Shown here piece by piece: positions 41,787-57,546 of a DNA stretch of 64,000 bases (position 1 is its first letter; each line of letters starts with the position of its first letter). The stretch comes from Octopus vulgaris (lineage: Eukaryota), in contig OX597840.1 of assembly GCA_951406725.2 (NCBI GenBank), forward strand, positions 38,812,001 to 38,876,000, read 5' to 3'. The notes under the pieces were generated by a model. It made no database searches and was not told the DNA's origin. It saw nothing but the letters and a program-made list of their open reading frames with translations. The translations under genes were made by a program, and so were the position numbers.

Positions 41787-42915
41787 TGGGGTAATTAATA
41801 TATACCTACACACCATACATATATATGTATATGATTGACTTTCTGTAAATATATATGTGTGTGTGTGTAGAATATGTATGTGTGTGAGGGTGTGTGTATA
41901 TGCATATTCCTTAATATATTTATGTATATGTCAATGTATTCAATTATATACCCGTGCACACTGACATGCACACACACATACACACACATACACACACATA
42001 CACACACATACACACAATCATACGTACACACACATACATAAATCACCAGAATTTCGAAAATCAGATAGACATGAATAAAAGTCATTTTTAAAGCTGGCAA
42101 AGAATCAAAGAAGTTTTTACTACTTTTTGTAGATATATCTGCTTCGAGTTCCACTTTTGGAAAACATTTATACATATGAACGCACTCACACACGCACACT
42201 CGAAGTTATATATAAATATGTGTGTGTGTGTGTGTATGTTAGTTGGTGAATATATGTCTGAATGCATGTATAACTAAGCACACTCAACATAATTATTTTT
42301 TGTCTCTTTAAAATTTCATTCACATATCATGGCCCAGGTTGAAACGACAATTGACGACGGTTTCCAAACTTGACGCGAAGTGAATGCGAACCCGGATACA
42401 CGTAACTATTAAACACACTACAATAGTACACGAACCGTTTGCTAATTTATCCTCCATCTAATTTTGTTTATTTGAAACACTTCTGTCAAAAATCATTGAC
42501 TAATTAGCATGATCATTTGGCAAATATTCGATGCGCAAGTGATACTGATAAAAAAGGGTCCTTCGATTCAAAAACAAAATGGAAGCTACATTTAAATTCC
42601 AAAATATAATTTCACTTTAAAATTCGGTGAATAGCATACATATAGGTAATTATAAACTCGCCTAGAAACTGATTACCGTTAATATAACTGATTTTCTTCT
42701 TTATATAAAACTTGTTTTTTTGATTGAATTTATATATTTAATTGGAATTCTATTTGCAACAAGCATCATTAAACAAACACATTTACGTGTCGTTTATTTT
42801 TACCGAACCGTTTGTATTCCCGCTGTTTAAACCTGATGATGATATATCTTACTGATGAACAAAAACGGAAATAGAATATAACATGACTCTATATAAACAT
42901 GTCATCCACAAATTC

Positions 42916-42978
<63 letters not shown>

Positions 42979-43013
42979 CATATATATATATATATAGTTT
43001 ATATATGTATGTA

Positions 43014-43075
<62 letters not shown>

Positions 43076-43215
43076 TGTATGAATATATATGTGTCTGTGT
43101 GTAAATATTTATGTGTGCTAGTGAGTGTGTGCTTGTACGCATGGCGCATATATACATATGGCTACCTGTGTATAAATGAATTTGTGTAAATATATATGTG
43201 TGTGTGTGTATATAC

Positions 43216-43290
<75 letters not shown>

Positions 43291-43382
43291 TATAAATACA
43301 TATATAATATATATTCATACATACATAAATATATGTGTATCTTTATAATGCAGATGTCATCATACAGGCATATATACACCTT

Positions 43383-43420
<38 letters not shown>

Positions 43421-43775
43421 CACAGATATATATATATAGTCATAAGTGAACGCGTAAACTCCCGGTTATACATATACCATTATATATAATTATATGCATA
43501 TGCACATATATTTACTCGCATATGTAAACACACGCACAAGTAAACGACTTTATTAATGTATTTACATATACACATACGAGTCAGTGCGCGGACATATGTA
43601 AATAAGCCAGGAATTAATTTGGAAAATAGCAAGTCATTCTCCAATTAAATGTAATCCAAGTTTTCTCACCAAATTCACACGTCGCACAACCTATATAAAC
43701 ACAGAGTAAAACAGAAAAAACACATTCCACACACAAATGCTAAAAACATATATATACACATATATATATACATAA

Positions 43776-43824
<49 letters not shown>

Positions 43825-44017
43825 CACAAATACATTCAGATATACATATATATATGTATATATATATGCATGTGTGTATAAACATTGATTTTATCAGTTT
43901 TGTTTGAATGTTTTATATTGACAAAAATTGGTTTAAAATGAAACGAAAGCGGAACATTATTTTAACTCTATTTCAATATACAAATAACTGATTTAAATAA
44001 CAAGGGGGGATTTCATG

Positions 44018-44123
<106 letters not shown>

Positions 44124-44268
44124 GTGAATATATACATACATGTACGTATGTATGATTTTCTGATCAGAATATATAAAATTAATGAAATTTTTGTTAAAAG
44201 GAAAAAATCACCATGTTGTTAGTTGAGAGATAATTATTTATATTTGTGAGTGTGTGTGTGTGTGCATA

Positions 44269-44336
<68 letters not shown>

Positions 44337-44903
44337 TATGTAAGTATACATATTCATACATATTAATAGATATAGTCTGATAAAGATGAGCGTTAAAACA
44401 GAGAGGGAGACGCTGCAAAGGAGAGATTGAGAGACAGATACGAATCAATCCAAAGCGAAATTGGTCAGCTTTTTTTTTTAATTGTGTAATTTACGTAATT
44501 TTGTTTGAAATGCATTTGTTCAATTCTTTAATTATATAAATATTGAATATGGATTATAACACGAAATTAGGTGAGCAGGCAAAGAAAGAAATGTGTGGAG
44601 TACATTTGAATGCGTTTCTGAAAATATACTTTTCGAAAATCCGTAAATATACAAACTGTCTACAGATTATTTTGGTCGTTGCTCTTACATTATTGAGCAC
44701 ACCAGGCGTGCATAATCTACAAATTTGTAAACTGCATGCACGTATATTTCTGACGTAAATTCTTACAACACCAATAGTACCTGCGTGTTAATTTTAATTA
44801 ATTAAGAAGAAGAAAGGTAAATATTATCTGAGAATATTAAAGTAAAACAGAAAAATGTAAAGGTCACCTCTTACATATCTTTATTATTATTATTATTGTT
44901 ATT

Positions 44904-44936
<33 letters not shown>

Positions 44937-44945
44937 ATTATTATT

Positions 44946-45182
44946 CTATGTTTGACTTTTGCTTTACATTTGCACAAGCTGGCTCCAAGTATCACCCAGA
45001 GACCTCAAGAGACAACAAGTTGGAAGTTCATGTTGGTGTTATGCCTAGGGTGCCGTATATTTGGTTTTGTATTTAGTGTTGTACTAGAGAATGCCTAAAA
45101 AGCCATACGGAAATTATGTTTGTTTTAAAACTTGAGATTACATAGAAAGTATTTTGCGTAGTATATAAGCAGTTCCCCTGGA
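44946..45182 (-). mobile_element. Dong/R4-type retrotransposon 3' end (family 2)
   Basis: Minus translation GTAYILRKILSM*, then a ~200 bp UTR ending in (AAT)n. Confidence 0.75.
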
Positions 45183-45217
45183 CACTATCTTTTTAATTTA
45201 TTATTATTATTATTATT

Positions 45218-45275
45218 CTATGTTTGACTTTTGCTTTATATTTGTACAAGTTCGCTCGAAGTCTCCCCCAGAGAC
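45218..45275 (-). mobile_element. Tiny 5'-truncated copy of the family 2 3' end
   Basis: Repeats CTATGTTTGACTTTTGCTTTA..CCAGAGAC of 44946-45003; between TTA runs. Confidence 0.75.
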
Positions 45276-45277
45276 TA

Positions 45278-45345
<68 letters not shown>

Positions 45346-45986
45346 TCTTTTGTCACAAGTCATGTTAGAGCGCCTGTAGTTTTGCATGCTTAGCGTGCTT
45401 GCTACATGCAGCCTGCGGCGCCATGCTATGCATTCTTTACAGCTATCCAATACTTGCCTGATTATTCTGAACGTGCCAAGAAGGCAAACCTTTTGTAGCA
45501 GTTCTACTGTGAAGGCTATACCAATTACTTTGATATTCCTCTTGATCACTTCTGATTGTGTTTCCAAGGACACAACAATAATAGGCACTATATACCCATC
45601 TTTATTTTCTATACCCGTTGTATTTCATACTTAAGAAAGTTGTACTTGTCTATTTTTTTGCCTTCCTGCTTGACTATACGTGACTCAAAGGGGTATTCAG
45701 CCTCAACTATATAGAATATGCGCTGCACTTTGTCCACCACCACTAGGTTCGATCTGTTATGTTCTAGCACCTGATCTGTTTGGATTGGGAAATCCCAGAG
45801 GATTTTGTTAGTATCCAACTCTGCCACTTTCTGTGGTTTGTCCTCACACTACGATTTGCCTCTCATTAAGCCCCACTTTTCGCACAGTTTCAAATGTAGC
45901 ACTTACGCTACCTAACCATGTCTTCAGAACTTGCAGCGATGTTATACAAGTGTAGGGCATTGCCTTGTGATATGAGCAATGGTGTC
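45346..45986 (-). mobile_element. Dong/R4-type (restriction-like endonuclease) retrotransposon 3' remnant (family 1)
   Basis: TIAHITRQC, RHG*VA*VLHLKLC, ILWDFPIQTD..HNR, KIDKY, LQKVCLLGT..IIRQVL; ends in (AAT)n. Confidence 0.85.
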
Positions 45987-45999
45987 ATATATATATATA

Positions 46000-46404
46000 T
46001 TTACTCTTTTACTTGTTTCATTCCTTTGACTGTGGCCATGCTGGAGCACCGCCTTTAGTCGAGCAACTCGACCCCGGGGCTTATTCTTTGTAAGCCCAGT
46101 ACTTATTCTATCGGTCTCTTTTGCCAAACCGCTAAGTGACGAGGACGTAATCACACCAGCATCGGTTGTCAAGCAATGCTAGGGCGACAAACACAGACAC
46201 ACAAACACACACGCACACACATATATACATATATATACATATATACGACAGGCTTCTTTCAGTTTCCGTCTATCAAATCCACTCACAAGGCTTTGGTCGG
46301 CCCGAGGCTATAGTAGAAGACACTTGCCCAAGGTGCCACGCAGTGGGACTGAACCCGTGACCATGTGGTTTGTAAACAAGCTACTTACCACACAGCCACT
46401 CCTA
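46000..46404 (-). mobile_element. SINE family B
   Basis: Matches family B. Confidence 0.93.
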
Positions 46405-46405
46405 T

Positions 46406-46480
<75 letters not shown>

Positions 46481-47181
46481 ATATATTGATATATATATAT
46501 ATATTTATATATTTTGATATATATATATATATATATATATAGTTGAAGACTATTGACATGGGCGATAAAAAACTTAATAGCGTCTCTTTACAAATCTTAT
46601 TCCCATAGTTTTTGCATCGTTTTGTTTAAGCACTGGCATTTCAATCTCTCCGCCGCCAGTATGCAGGAAGCGGTAATTGATTCGTGTGAATCCCGTCAAG
46701 AAAACCCACTACTGTGTAAAAGCCGCAATGTAAATATTTCAAATAAAGTAATCAATAAAAAGAGAAAAACAAAAAACAACAACTAGACCATTATCGCTCA
46801 TTTAGGAATTGTTCAAATCAATAACGTGAAACGAATTCCATAAACATGTGACTCGGAATAGATAATAAATAAAAACCCATTCGTTCCTTCAAATTATCGC
46901 CAATTGACACATTTTTACAGTGAATTTTAAAGTTGTATGGACGTATTTAGGATATTTATCAATATTAATAATGTATACCTGCAAGAGAAAATAAATAGTA
47001 TACGCTTACGCATGGCTGTGTGGTTAGGGGATTTAGCAGTCATATTGCTTCGGATTCAATCCCAATAAAAGGGCGACATGGTTATGTGATTGCTACCAAA
47101 GATTTAAGTCAACCAATATCTTGTGAGTGAATCTGGAAGCTGTGTGAAAGCCTGCATTATATATGTATGTGTGTGTCTGTT

Positions 47182-47254
<73 letters not shown>

Positions 47255-47260
<6 letters not shown>

Positions 47261-47400
47261 ATTCACACACACAAAAAAACAAAAGACGAAGACAGGTGAT
47301 GTTTCGAGCTTACGCTCTTCAACAGAAAGGAACACAGAAAGAAACAAGGAGAGAAAATATTTAAAAAAATTGTAGTGGCTAGCGATCTATCATGGCGAAG
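47255..47400 (-). mobile_element. Internally deleted copy of the 4320-4508 repeat
   Basis: AAAAGACGAAGACAGGTG joined directly to GTTTCGAGCTTACGCTCTTCAACAG. Confidence 0.65.
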
Positions 47401-47417
47401 ATATATATATATTTATA

Positions 47418-47704
47418 TGGAGGCACATGGCTTAGTGGTTAGATCAGCGGAATCGTGGTTTCGAATTTCAGACCGGGCAATATGTGTGTTTATGAGCGAA
47501 ACACCTAAGCTCCACGCGGCTCCGGCAGAAGGTAATGGCGAACTTCTGCTGACTCTTTTGCCAAAACTTTCTCTCACTCTTTCCTCCTGCACATTGCAGT
47601 TCAGTAGCGACGGACCGGCGTCCAGTCCAGGTTGGGAACCTATACGCCAAGGAAACCGGGAAACCGACTCTTATGAGCCTGGCATTGCTCGAGAAGGAAC
47701 AAAC
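47418..47704 (+). mobile_element. SINE with family C head/body and a different tail (possibly OR2-type)
   Basis: Shares GAGCGAAACACCTAAGCTCCACG..CTTTCTCTCACTCT with 14270-14652, then GGACCGGCGTCCAGTCCAGG..GAAACCGGGAAAC tail. Confidence 0.8.
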
Positions 47705-47939
47705 ATTTATATATATATATATACATATATATGTATATATATATGTAAGTATTGTGTATGTGTGTGTGTGTCTTTGAATTAATATGTGAAAGCGCATGGC
47801 TTCATGGTGAGTGTATTCGGCTCACTTTCGTTAGGTGGCGGGTTCGATATCGGGAGGCGCTTTCCCTCTCGCTGCTGTTGTCTATTCACCTGTTACAAAT
47901 GAGTTTTTGTTGAATTTCAATGATCAAATTTGTCACATA

Positions 47940-48103
47940 GGCGCAGGAGTGGCTGTATGGTAAGTAGCTTGTTTACCAACCACATGGTCCGGGTTCAGTC
48001 CCACTGCGTGGCATCTTAGGCAGGTGCCTTCTACTGTAGCATCGGGCCGACCAATGCCTTGTGAGTGGATTTGGTAGACGGAAACTGAAAGAAGCCCTAC
48101 GTA

Positions 48104-48142
<39 letters not shown>

Positions 48143-48361
48143 CTGTGTATGTTTGTATGTCTGTGTTTGTCCCCCTAGCATTGCTTGACAACCGATGCTG
48201 GTGTGTTTACGTCCCCGTCACTTAGCGGTTCGGCAAAAGAGACCGATAGAATAAGTACTGGGCTTACAAAAGAATAAGTCCCGGGGTCGAGTTGCTCTAT
48301 TAAAGGCGGTGCCCCAGCATGGCCGCAGTCAAATGACTGAAACAAGTAAAAGAGTAAAGAG
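47940..48361 (+). mobile_element. SINE family B, full length
   Basis: Matches family B. Confidence 0.93.
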
Positions 48362-48379
48362 TATTCTGTATCGGGCCGA

Positions 48380-48512
48380 ATCTTCCTGAGAATTGCTTTA
48401 AGAGTACGCGTAACTGTGGAGGGCTCGACCACTTGCAAGTTAATTTCCTGAGCAGGCTGTTCCGTTGACCGTTCCAACTGTAATAATCATCGTCGAAGCC
48501 GACGGAGTGCCA
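48380..48512 (+). mobile_element. SINE family C 3' fragment
   Basis: GTTAATTTCCTGAGCAGGCTGTTCCGTTGA..CCGACGGAGTGC. Confidence 0.75.
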
Positions 48513-48797
48513 CTTTTATGTCCACCTCCACACCATATTGCTTGACAACCGGTGTTCTTTCCTATATGTAGCTAAATTAGCTGAGTTACGTCCTCGTAAC
48601 CGAGCTATTCAGCATTAGAGAGCACTCCAATGTATACGACGTTTAAACAATAAGTATAGGGAATATTAGCCTGATGAAACGCTTCAAGGCATTGCACCAG
48701 CATGGCCGAATTCCATTGTCAAAAATCAGAAACAGAATGAAAATATTTTCAAAAATTATTAAGAAAATATGAAGAAAATATTTTTTTTTAATTATTA

Positions 48798-49190
48798 GGC
48801 GCAGGAGTATCTGTGCGGTAAGTAGTTTTGTTTGCCAACCACATGGTTTCGGTTTCCGTCCCACTGCGTGGCACCTTGGTCAAGTGTCTCCTACTATAGT
48901 CTCGGGCCGACCAAAGCCTTGTGAGTGGATTTGGTAGACGGAAACTGAAAGTGGAGCGTCGTATATATGTATGTGTGGTTATATGTTTGTGTTTCTGTGT
49001 TTGTCCCCCCTCCCAACATCGCTTGACAACCGATGCTGGTGTGTTTCGACCCCGTAACATAGCGGTTCGGCAAAAGAGACGGATAGAATAAGAACTCGGC
49101 TTACAAAGAATAAACCTTGGAGTAGATTTTCTCGACTAATGGCGGTGCTCCAGCATGGCCGCAGTGAAACGACTGAAACATGTAAAAAAG
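48798..49190 (+). mobile_element. SINE family B, diverged
   Basis: Matches family B with more substitutions. Confidence 0.9.
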
Positions 49191-50433
49191 CAAAAATAAT
49201 AAGTAAATAATATCTCCAAATACCCCGCCTATATCTGGCCTTAAGCAACGTTCAATATAAATATTCAACAATTATTCATCAATGAAATATTCATTGCCGT
49301 TGTGTCTCTTGTACAACTAATAAAATTTCGGGGATAGTAAATCATTGTTAATCTTTTTTGCTCACTTGTTAAAAACATTTCAATCTCTCTCTGACAATTC
49401 CATTTTGTTCAACACCAACGTATAAATAAAACACGTAAACGTTATCTATGTTCTTTCGCTACTTTAACCATTAGACACTTTATTCAGTTATGGCATCCGT
49501 TATTCGATGCGACCCACTGCATTTTTATTACACTTTCATACTGCTATTTATTTCATTAACCGCGTAAATATTGGAATAACAAACACTATCTACTGATGCT
49601 TAACCTTTTTAAATGTGAGATTGACCGAACTAGCGTTGCAGGGACATTTACACAAATATAACGATATTGTACACGGTATGTTGCTATTTGCATTGGGAAA
49701 ATATGTAAAAGCTTTCGAAAGAAATATGTCGTCCATGATTTCATTGACATGGTGTGGTGCACTTGTATAGAGCTAACGAAAATGAGTTATGCGATATTTA
49801 AGTGCCTTAGCATCGCGGACATAGGTAAATAATTTTTAGCTTTTAGCCAGACATTGTTCCATTTTTTCCCCAACACAACAGATTATATGTCACGGCTCAC
49901 ATGACACTTATTTCAGGACAGGTGAAATATACGTTCTGGGAAACTAATTACTTTCACTTTTAGAGAAAAAAAAAACCCGGAAAAATGGGGCTAGTAATTT
50001 GAAACACTGATCTAATTCACATAAAATAGCGCAGCTGCTGAATACAATAATTGCAAATTCGGCACGAATCTACGCCATTTAACATTTACTGTATTATAAA
50101 AGAAAACGTGAATTATTCAGGTTTTGGTCTGGTATTTTGTTCCTGTGAGAGCGTGTCTAATTCATTTATTTTACATATCAATCGCTGAACAATGCAATGT
50201 TCGTAATAGGATTCCACCGTGCCAGTCATTGACTGAACGTAATTCTCAAAGCAAAAGAGTAAAGGGAGTGTATATAACTCGCTACAAAAAATAATCGCAA
50301 GGGAGATTAATTTCGGCAAAAATAAAATGGTAGAAAACAACCGTTATTCCACTTACCTTTCCTCAATTGTTACAAATATTACAAATATCAATTAGTGAAA
50401 AGCATGTACACATATTACCGCATCCATACACAC

Positions 50434-50486
<53 letters not shown>

Positions 50487-51422
50487 CCATCATCATCATC
50501 ATCGTCTTCATTATTATCATCTGCATCATCCTCATCATTTAGCGTCCGTTGTCAATGCTGGTATGTTTTGGCAGGTTTGACAAGGGCCGATAAATTGAAG
50601 GGCAGCAGCAGACACCACTCTGATTTGGGTTGGTTTCAACGGCTGCATGCCCTTCTTCAGGCCAGCCAAGAGTGTAATGGGTGCTTTTTTATGCCACAGG
50701 TACGGGTTTCAGTTGCGTGGCACCAGTATCTGTCAGAACTACGCTTCCCCTTGGTTTGCAGAGTCTTTTTCTAAAGCACGGCATATTGTCAAAGGTCCCA
50801 GTAATTTGATGTTGCCTCTGTGAGGCTGAACGCTCCAAAGGTGCTTTTTACCTGTCAGTTATGCGACACCAGCGTGAGCCATATTGCCTTCATGCGGCCT
50901 AACACTCGAAAAGTGCTTCGTCTGGATACTTATTGATCAGACCACGCATATATCTGTGTATGTGTGTGTATGTATGTGCGTGCGCTTGTGGTGCTTGTTT
51001 GTGTGAATGTGTGTGTGTGTGTGTATGTGCATGTGTTAAGAGCGATTGAGAGAGAGAGAGAGAGAGAAAGAAAATGTGACAGAAAGAGAGAGTACTATAT
51101 ATAATAAATGGATGTGTGGTTTGACACCTATGGTCAGTTCGACAAAGATTAGAAGGCAGAAATTGGAAAGCTCAAATCAGCCTCCTTGTAAAAATATAAG
51201 AAAGGAATAATTTACGAAAAAAGGAAAAACAAAATTGAATTATTCTTCACCTCAAAGTTAAAACATTTCTTATAATTGACAGTGCATGGCGAGGCGTATA
51301 TCCAATCCCTATTCATAATTATGTATATAATTATCAAATATTTTCTAAAATTTTCCTATGAGGTTTTTATTTCCGAGCTGACCACGTGGTAAAATCGTTA
51401 AAGATTTTTATTCTTTATTATA

Positions 51423-51497
<75 letters not shown>

Positions 51498-51519
51498 TTT
51501 TAATTTATTATATAGAAGG

Positions 51520-51570
51520 AGCTTCTACAGGACTAGTACTGTTTCATTCAAGAGAAATCTTCAGGAAGCT
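51520..51570 (-). ncRNA. Type I hammerhead ribozyme motif (left arm)
   Basis: Exact reverse complement of 57496-57546. Confidence 0.78.
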
Positions 51571-51966
51571 ATTTAACAAGAATTGTATTAGCATTTATAC
51601 ATTTAGGCAGGTTTAAAGGAGTGGTGGTGGGGGACTTTTTTGGGGGTAGGCATAGCGCAAAATATCATACTTGGGGGAGTGGTCAAGGAGTCAGTGGTAA
51701 GTTAGATGAAAGAATAGATAAATAAAAAAGTAAAAAAATAAAAAAATAAAAAAGTAAAAAAATAAAAAAGTAAAAAAATATATAAAATAAAAAAATAAAA
51801 AAATAAAATAATAAAAAAATAAAAAAATAAAAAAATAAAAAATAAAATAAAAAATATATATAAAAAATATATATATTAAAAGGGGGGAATAGAGTTATAG
51901 GTAAATAAGGAGATTCTCACTTATACCTATACACATATGTATACGTATCTACACACATATATATAT

Positions 51967-52013
<47 letters not shown>

Positions 52014-52463
52014 TACACACACATATACATACATACATATCTACATACACACATACATACACCCGCCCACATATACAAATTTATACACATGCACATGCAT
52101 ATACCTGTCTACACATACACACACGTATATATGCATACACTCACTCCCATGCGTGCACGCATACACACATGTATATATATACCCACGACCACACATACAT
52201 ATATACACAGAAAAATATATATTCATACGCACATACACTCATGCACACACAACACACCTGGTTCCCTATATACACATATTTACACCTATATATACATACA
52301 CCCACATACACATATGTACATATATATATATATATACACACATATATATACATATACACATATACACGCATACATATATATACATGTGTGCACACACATA
52401 CATATACACACATACATACACATACACATACACATGTGTACCTATACATACCTACACATACAC

Positions 52464-52522
<59 letters not shown>

Positions 52523-52847
52523 CCAATACAGGCCCATTCCCTAATTTTAATTTTATATCTTCATTTATTACTTTTGTTATCTTTGATCGCTAGAGCTAAG
52601 GGTCCTGGCTATGGCAGCATGTCCATTTGTCTGTCTACTAGAAGGCAAGTACTCATTCCCGCACGCACACTCATTAGCACGTACATTCACCCATTCGTAC
52701 ACTCATACACATACACGTACGCACGCGTTATATTCATACATACAAACATCTACATACGTTCACGTATATACACATACGTACTCGTACCTACAGATTCGTG
52801 TCTACACTTTAGGAGGCTAGTCTATACATATACACCAATAAATATAC

Positions 52848-52880
<33 letters not shown>

Positions 52881-53511
52881 TACACACACACACATATATA
52901 CTCCTACATACAGATACATACCTATATATATATATATATATATACATACATACATATATATACACATATATACATATATATATATATACATATACATACA
53001 TACACATACACACATATATATATATACATACACACACATACATACACATATATATACATACACAAACATATATACACACATATATATATATATATACACA
53101 CATACACACACATACATACATATACACACAAACACATACATACGTATACATACAATACTTACATGCATTTATACGCATACACACACCCATTTATATATAT
53201 ACATATATATATATATATATACATATATATATACACACTCACACATACATATACAAATATACGCACACACATACATACATACACGTATACACATACACGC
53301 ACATACACATATACATGCGTACCCATACACGTGCACACACGCACGCGCATCCATATATATACACACACACACATATATACACGTGTGCAAGCATACATAC
53401 ATACTCATACACGCACACATACTTACATATACATATATGCACACACCTACACACATATATACATACACATATACATGCATACATACATATATGCATACAT
53501 ACACACACGCA

Positions 53512-53561
<50 letters not shown>

Positions 53562-53717
53562 CACATACACATACACACACATATACATATACATACACAT
53601 ACACATACATACATATATATACACATATATACACATATACACATACATATATACACATATACATACATATACATACACACACACATACATATATACATAT
53701 ACACTGATACACATACC

Positions 53718-53775
<58 letters not shown>

Positions 53776-53820
53776 TATACACAAGCATATACTTATATCT
53801 CTACATACTCACATATAAAC

Positions 53821-53851
<31 letters not shown>

Positions 53852-53868
53852 TACACATACATTTACAT

Positions 53869-53912
<44 letters not shown>

Positions 53913-55157
53913 CCATATATATATATATACATACACATATATATACACACACACACACACATACATATACACATATACATGTATACATACGCAATAATGA
54001 TACACATATATACACATACACACACACGCACACATACATATACACACACACATATACAAATACATACATACACACATACACACACACACATATATATACA
54101 TACATGTACACATATACATACATATATATCAACAAGGGAGGGTAAAGTTAATTAGTTATTAATCAATTTCACCAAGTATTCAGTATGTAAGGGGACCATT
54201 ATTATTTTGAGTAAACAATGTTAGAGGGAAAAAATTCTCTAAGTAGTGGAAGAGGCTAAAAAACTTTATTGGCTGCTATTTCTAGAAAGTTTAGTAAGTG
54301 GCAAAGTAATTTATTTTATTTTACTAAGCCCTAATTATATAATATTTTATACATACATACACATACATAAACACATACATTTACACATACACATGCATAT
54401 ACATATATACACATATACATACAAACACATATACATATATACACACGCACACATGTATATATGTATATGTTTATATATATACGTGTGTATATATGTATAT
54501 GTGTTTGTATGTATATGTGTATATATGTATATGCATGTGTATGTGTAAATGTATGTGTTTATGTATGTGTATGTATGTATAAAATATTATATAATTAGGG
54601 CTTAGTAAAATAAAATAAATTACTTTGCCACTTACTAAACTTTCTAGAAATAGCAGCCAATAAAGTTTTTTAGCCTCTTCCACTACTTAGAGAATTTTTT
54701 CCCTCTAACATTGTTTACTCAAAATAATAATGGTCCCCTTACATACTGAATACTTGGTGAAATTGATTAATAACTAATTAACTTTACCCTCCCTTGTTGA
54801 TATATATGTATGTATATGTGTACATGTATGTATATATATGTGTGTGTGTGTATGTGTGTATGTATGTATTTGTATATGTGTGTGTGTATATGTATGTGTG
54901 CGCGTGTGTGTGTATGTATGTGTATGTATATTTGTATATGTATATGCATGTATATATATATATGTGTGTGTATATGTGTATTATGTATGTATTTATATGG
55001 ATATGATATTTATATATATATGTATGTATATGCATCTATCTGTGTGTGTGTATGTGTATATATGTGTATCATTATTGCGTATGTATACATGTATATGTGT
55101 ATATGTATGTGTGTGTGTGTGTGTATATATATGTGTATATATATATATATATGGGTG

Positions 55158-55188
<31 letters not shown>

Positions 55189-55307
55189 ATATATATATAT
55201 ATATATGTATGTGTATGTAAATGTATGTGTATGTGTGTGTATATATATATATATATATATGTTTATATGTGAGTATGTAGAGATATAAGTATATGCTTGT
55301 GTATATA

Positions 55308-55353
<46 letters not shown>

Positions 55354-55521
55354 GGTATGTGTATCAGTGTATATGTATATATGTATGTGTGTGTGTATGT
55401 ATATGTATGTATATGTGTATATATGTATGTGTATATGTGTATATATGTGTATATATATGTATGTATGTGTATGTGTATGTATATGTATATGTGTGTGTAT
55501 GTGTATGTGTATATATATATA

Positions 55522-55556
<35 letters not shown>

Positions 55557-56191
55557 GAGTGCGTGTGTGTATGTATGCATATATGTATGTATGCATGTAT
55601 ATGTGTATGTATATATGTATGTAGGTGCGTGCATATATGTATATGTAAGTATGTGTGCGTGTATGAGTATGTATGTATGCTTGCACACGTGTATATATGT
55701 GTGTGTGTGTATATATATGGATGCGCGTGCGTGTGTGCACGTGTATGGGTACGCATGTATATGTGTATGTGCGTGTATGTGTATACGTGTATGTATGTAT
55801 GTGTGTGCGTATATTTGTATATGTATGTGTGAGTGTGTATATATATATGTATATATATATATATATATGTATATATATAAATGGGTGTGTGTATGCGTAT
55901 AAATGCATGTAAGTATTGTATGTATACGTATGTATGTGTTTGTGTGTATATGTATGTATGTGTGTGTATGTGTGTATATATATATATATATGTGTGTATA
56001 TATGTTTGTGTATGTATATATATGTGTATGTATGTGTGTGTATGTATATATATATATGTGTGTATGTGTATGTATGTATATGTATAAATATATATATATG
56101 TATATATGTGTATATATATGTATGTATATATATATATATATATATAGGTATGTATCTGTATGTAGGAGTATATATGTGTGTGTGTGTATGT

Positions 56192-56223
<32 letters not shown>

Positions 56224-56542
56224 TTATTGGTGTATTTGTATAGACTAGCCTCCTAAAGTGTAGACACGAATCTGTAGGTACGAGTACGTATGTGTATACA
56301 CGTGAACGTATGTAGATGTTTGTATGTATGAATATAACGCGTGCGTACGTGTATGTGTATGAGTGTACGAATGGGTGAATGTACGTGCTAATGAGTGTGC
56401 GTGCGGGAATGAGTACTTGCCTTCTAGTATACAGACAAATGGACATGCTGCCATAGCCAGGACCCTTAGCTCTAGCGATCAAAGATAACAAAAGTAATAA
56501 ATGAAGATATAAAATTAAAATTAGGGAATGGGCCTGTATTGG

Positions 56543-56591
<49 letters not shown>

Positions 56592-57049
56592 GTGTATGTG
56601 TAGGTATGTATAGGTACACATGTGTATGTGTATGTGTATGTATGTGTGTATATGTATGTGTGTGCACACATGTATATATATGTATGCGTGTATATGTGTA
56701 TATGTATATATATGTGTGTATATATATATATATATATGTACATATGTGTATGTGGGTGTATGTATATATAGGTGTAAATATGTGTATATAGGGAACCAGG
56801 TGTGTTGTGTGTGCATGAGTGTATGTGCGTATGAATATATATTTTTCTGTGTATATATGTATGTGTGGTCGTGGGTATATATATACATGTGTGTATGCGT
56901 GCACGCATGGGAGTGAGTGTATGCATATATACGTGTGTGTATGTGTAGACAGGTATATGCATGTGCATGTGTATAAATTTGTATATGTGGGCGGGTGTAC
57001 GTATGTGTGTATGTAGATATGTATGTATGTATATGTGTGTGTATGTATA

Positions 57050-57108
<59 letters not shown>

Positions 57109-57495
57109 ATATATATATGTGTGTAGATACGTATACATATGTGTATAGGTATAAGTGAGAATCTCCTTATTTACCTATAACTCTATTCCCCCCTTTTATA
57201 TATATATATTTTTTATATATTTTTTATTTTTTTATTTTATTTTTTTATTTTTTTATTTTTTTATTTTTTTATTTTTTTATTTTATATTTTTTTTACTTTT
57301 TTATTTTTTTACTTTTTTATTTTTTTATTTTTTTACTTTTTTATTTATCTATTCTTTCATCTAACTTACCACTGACTCCTTGACCACTCCCCCAAGTATG
57401 ATATTTTGCGCTATGCCTACCCCCAAAAAAGTCCCCCACCACCACTCCTTTAAACCTGCCTAAATGTATAAATGCTAATACAATTCTTGTTAAAT

Positions 57496-57546
57496 AGCTT
57501 CCTGAAGATTTCTCTTGAATGAAACAGTACTAGTCCTGTAGAAGCT
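57496..57546 (+). ncRNA. Type I hammerhead ribozyme motif (right arm)
   Basis: AGCTTC-CTGAAGA-TTTCTCTTGAAT-GAAA-CAG-TACTAGTC-CTG-TA^GAAGCT: 6-bp stem I, CUGANGA/GAAA core, stem III with palindromic ACTAGT loop, predicted cleavage after 57540. Confidence 0.8.

Noticed and set aside
42830-42870. Isolated CTGATGA motifs (also near 40098, 48671, 62398)
   Set aside because: No matching stems or correctly placed GAAA, so not called as hammerheads.
50395-50580. Poly-His/Ser ORFs
   Set aside because: (CAT)n microsatellite, probably the tail of a decayed minus-strand retroelement.
52169-56968. Very long ORFs (512 and 534 aa) rich in Y/I/H/T
   Set aside because: Translations of stop-free TA/CA microsatellites, mirrored by the palindrome; no protein features.
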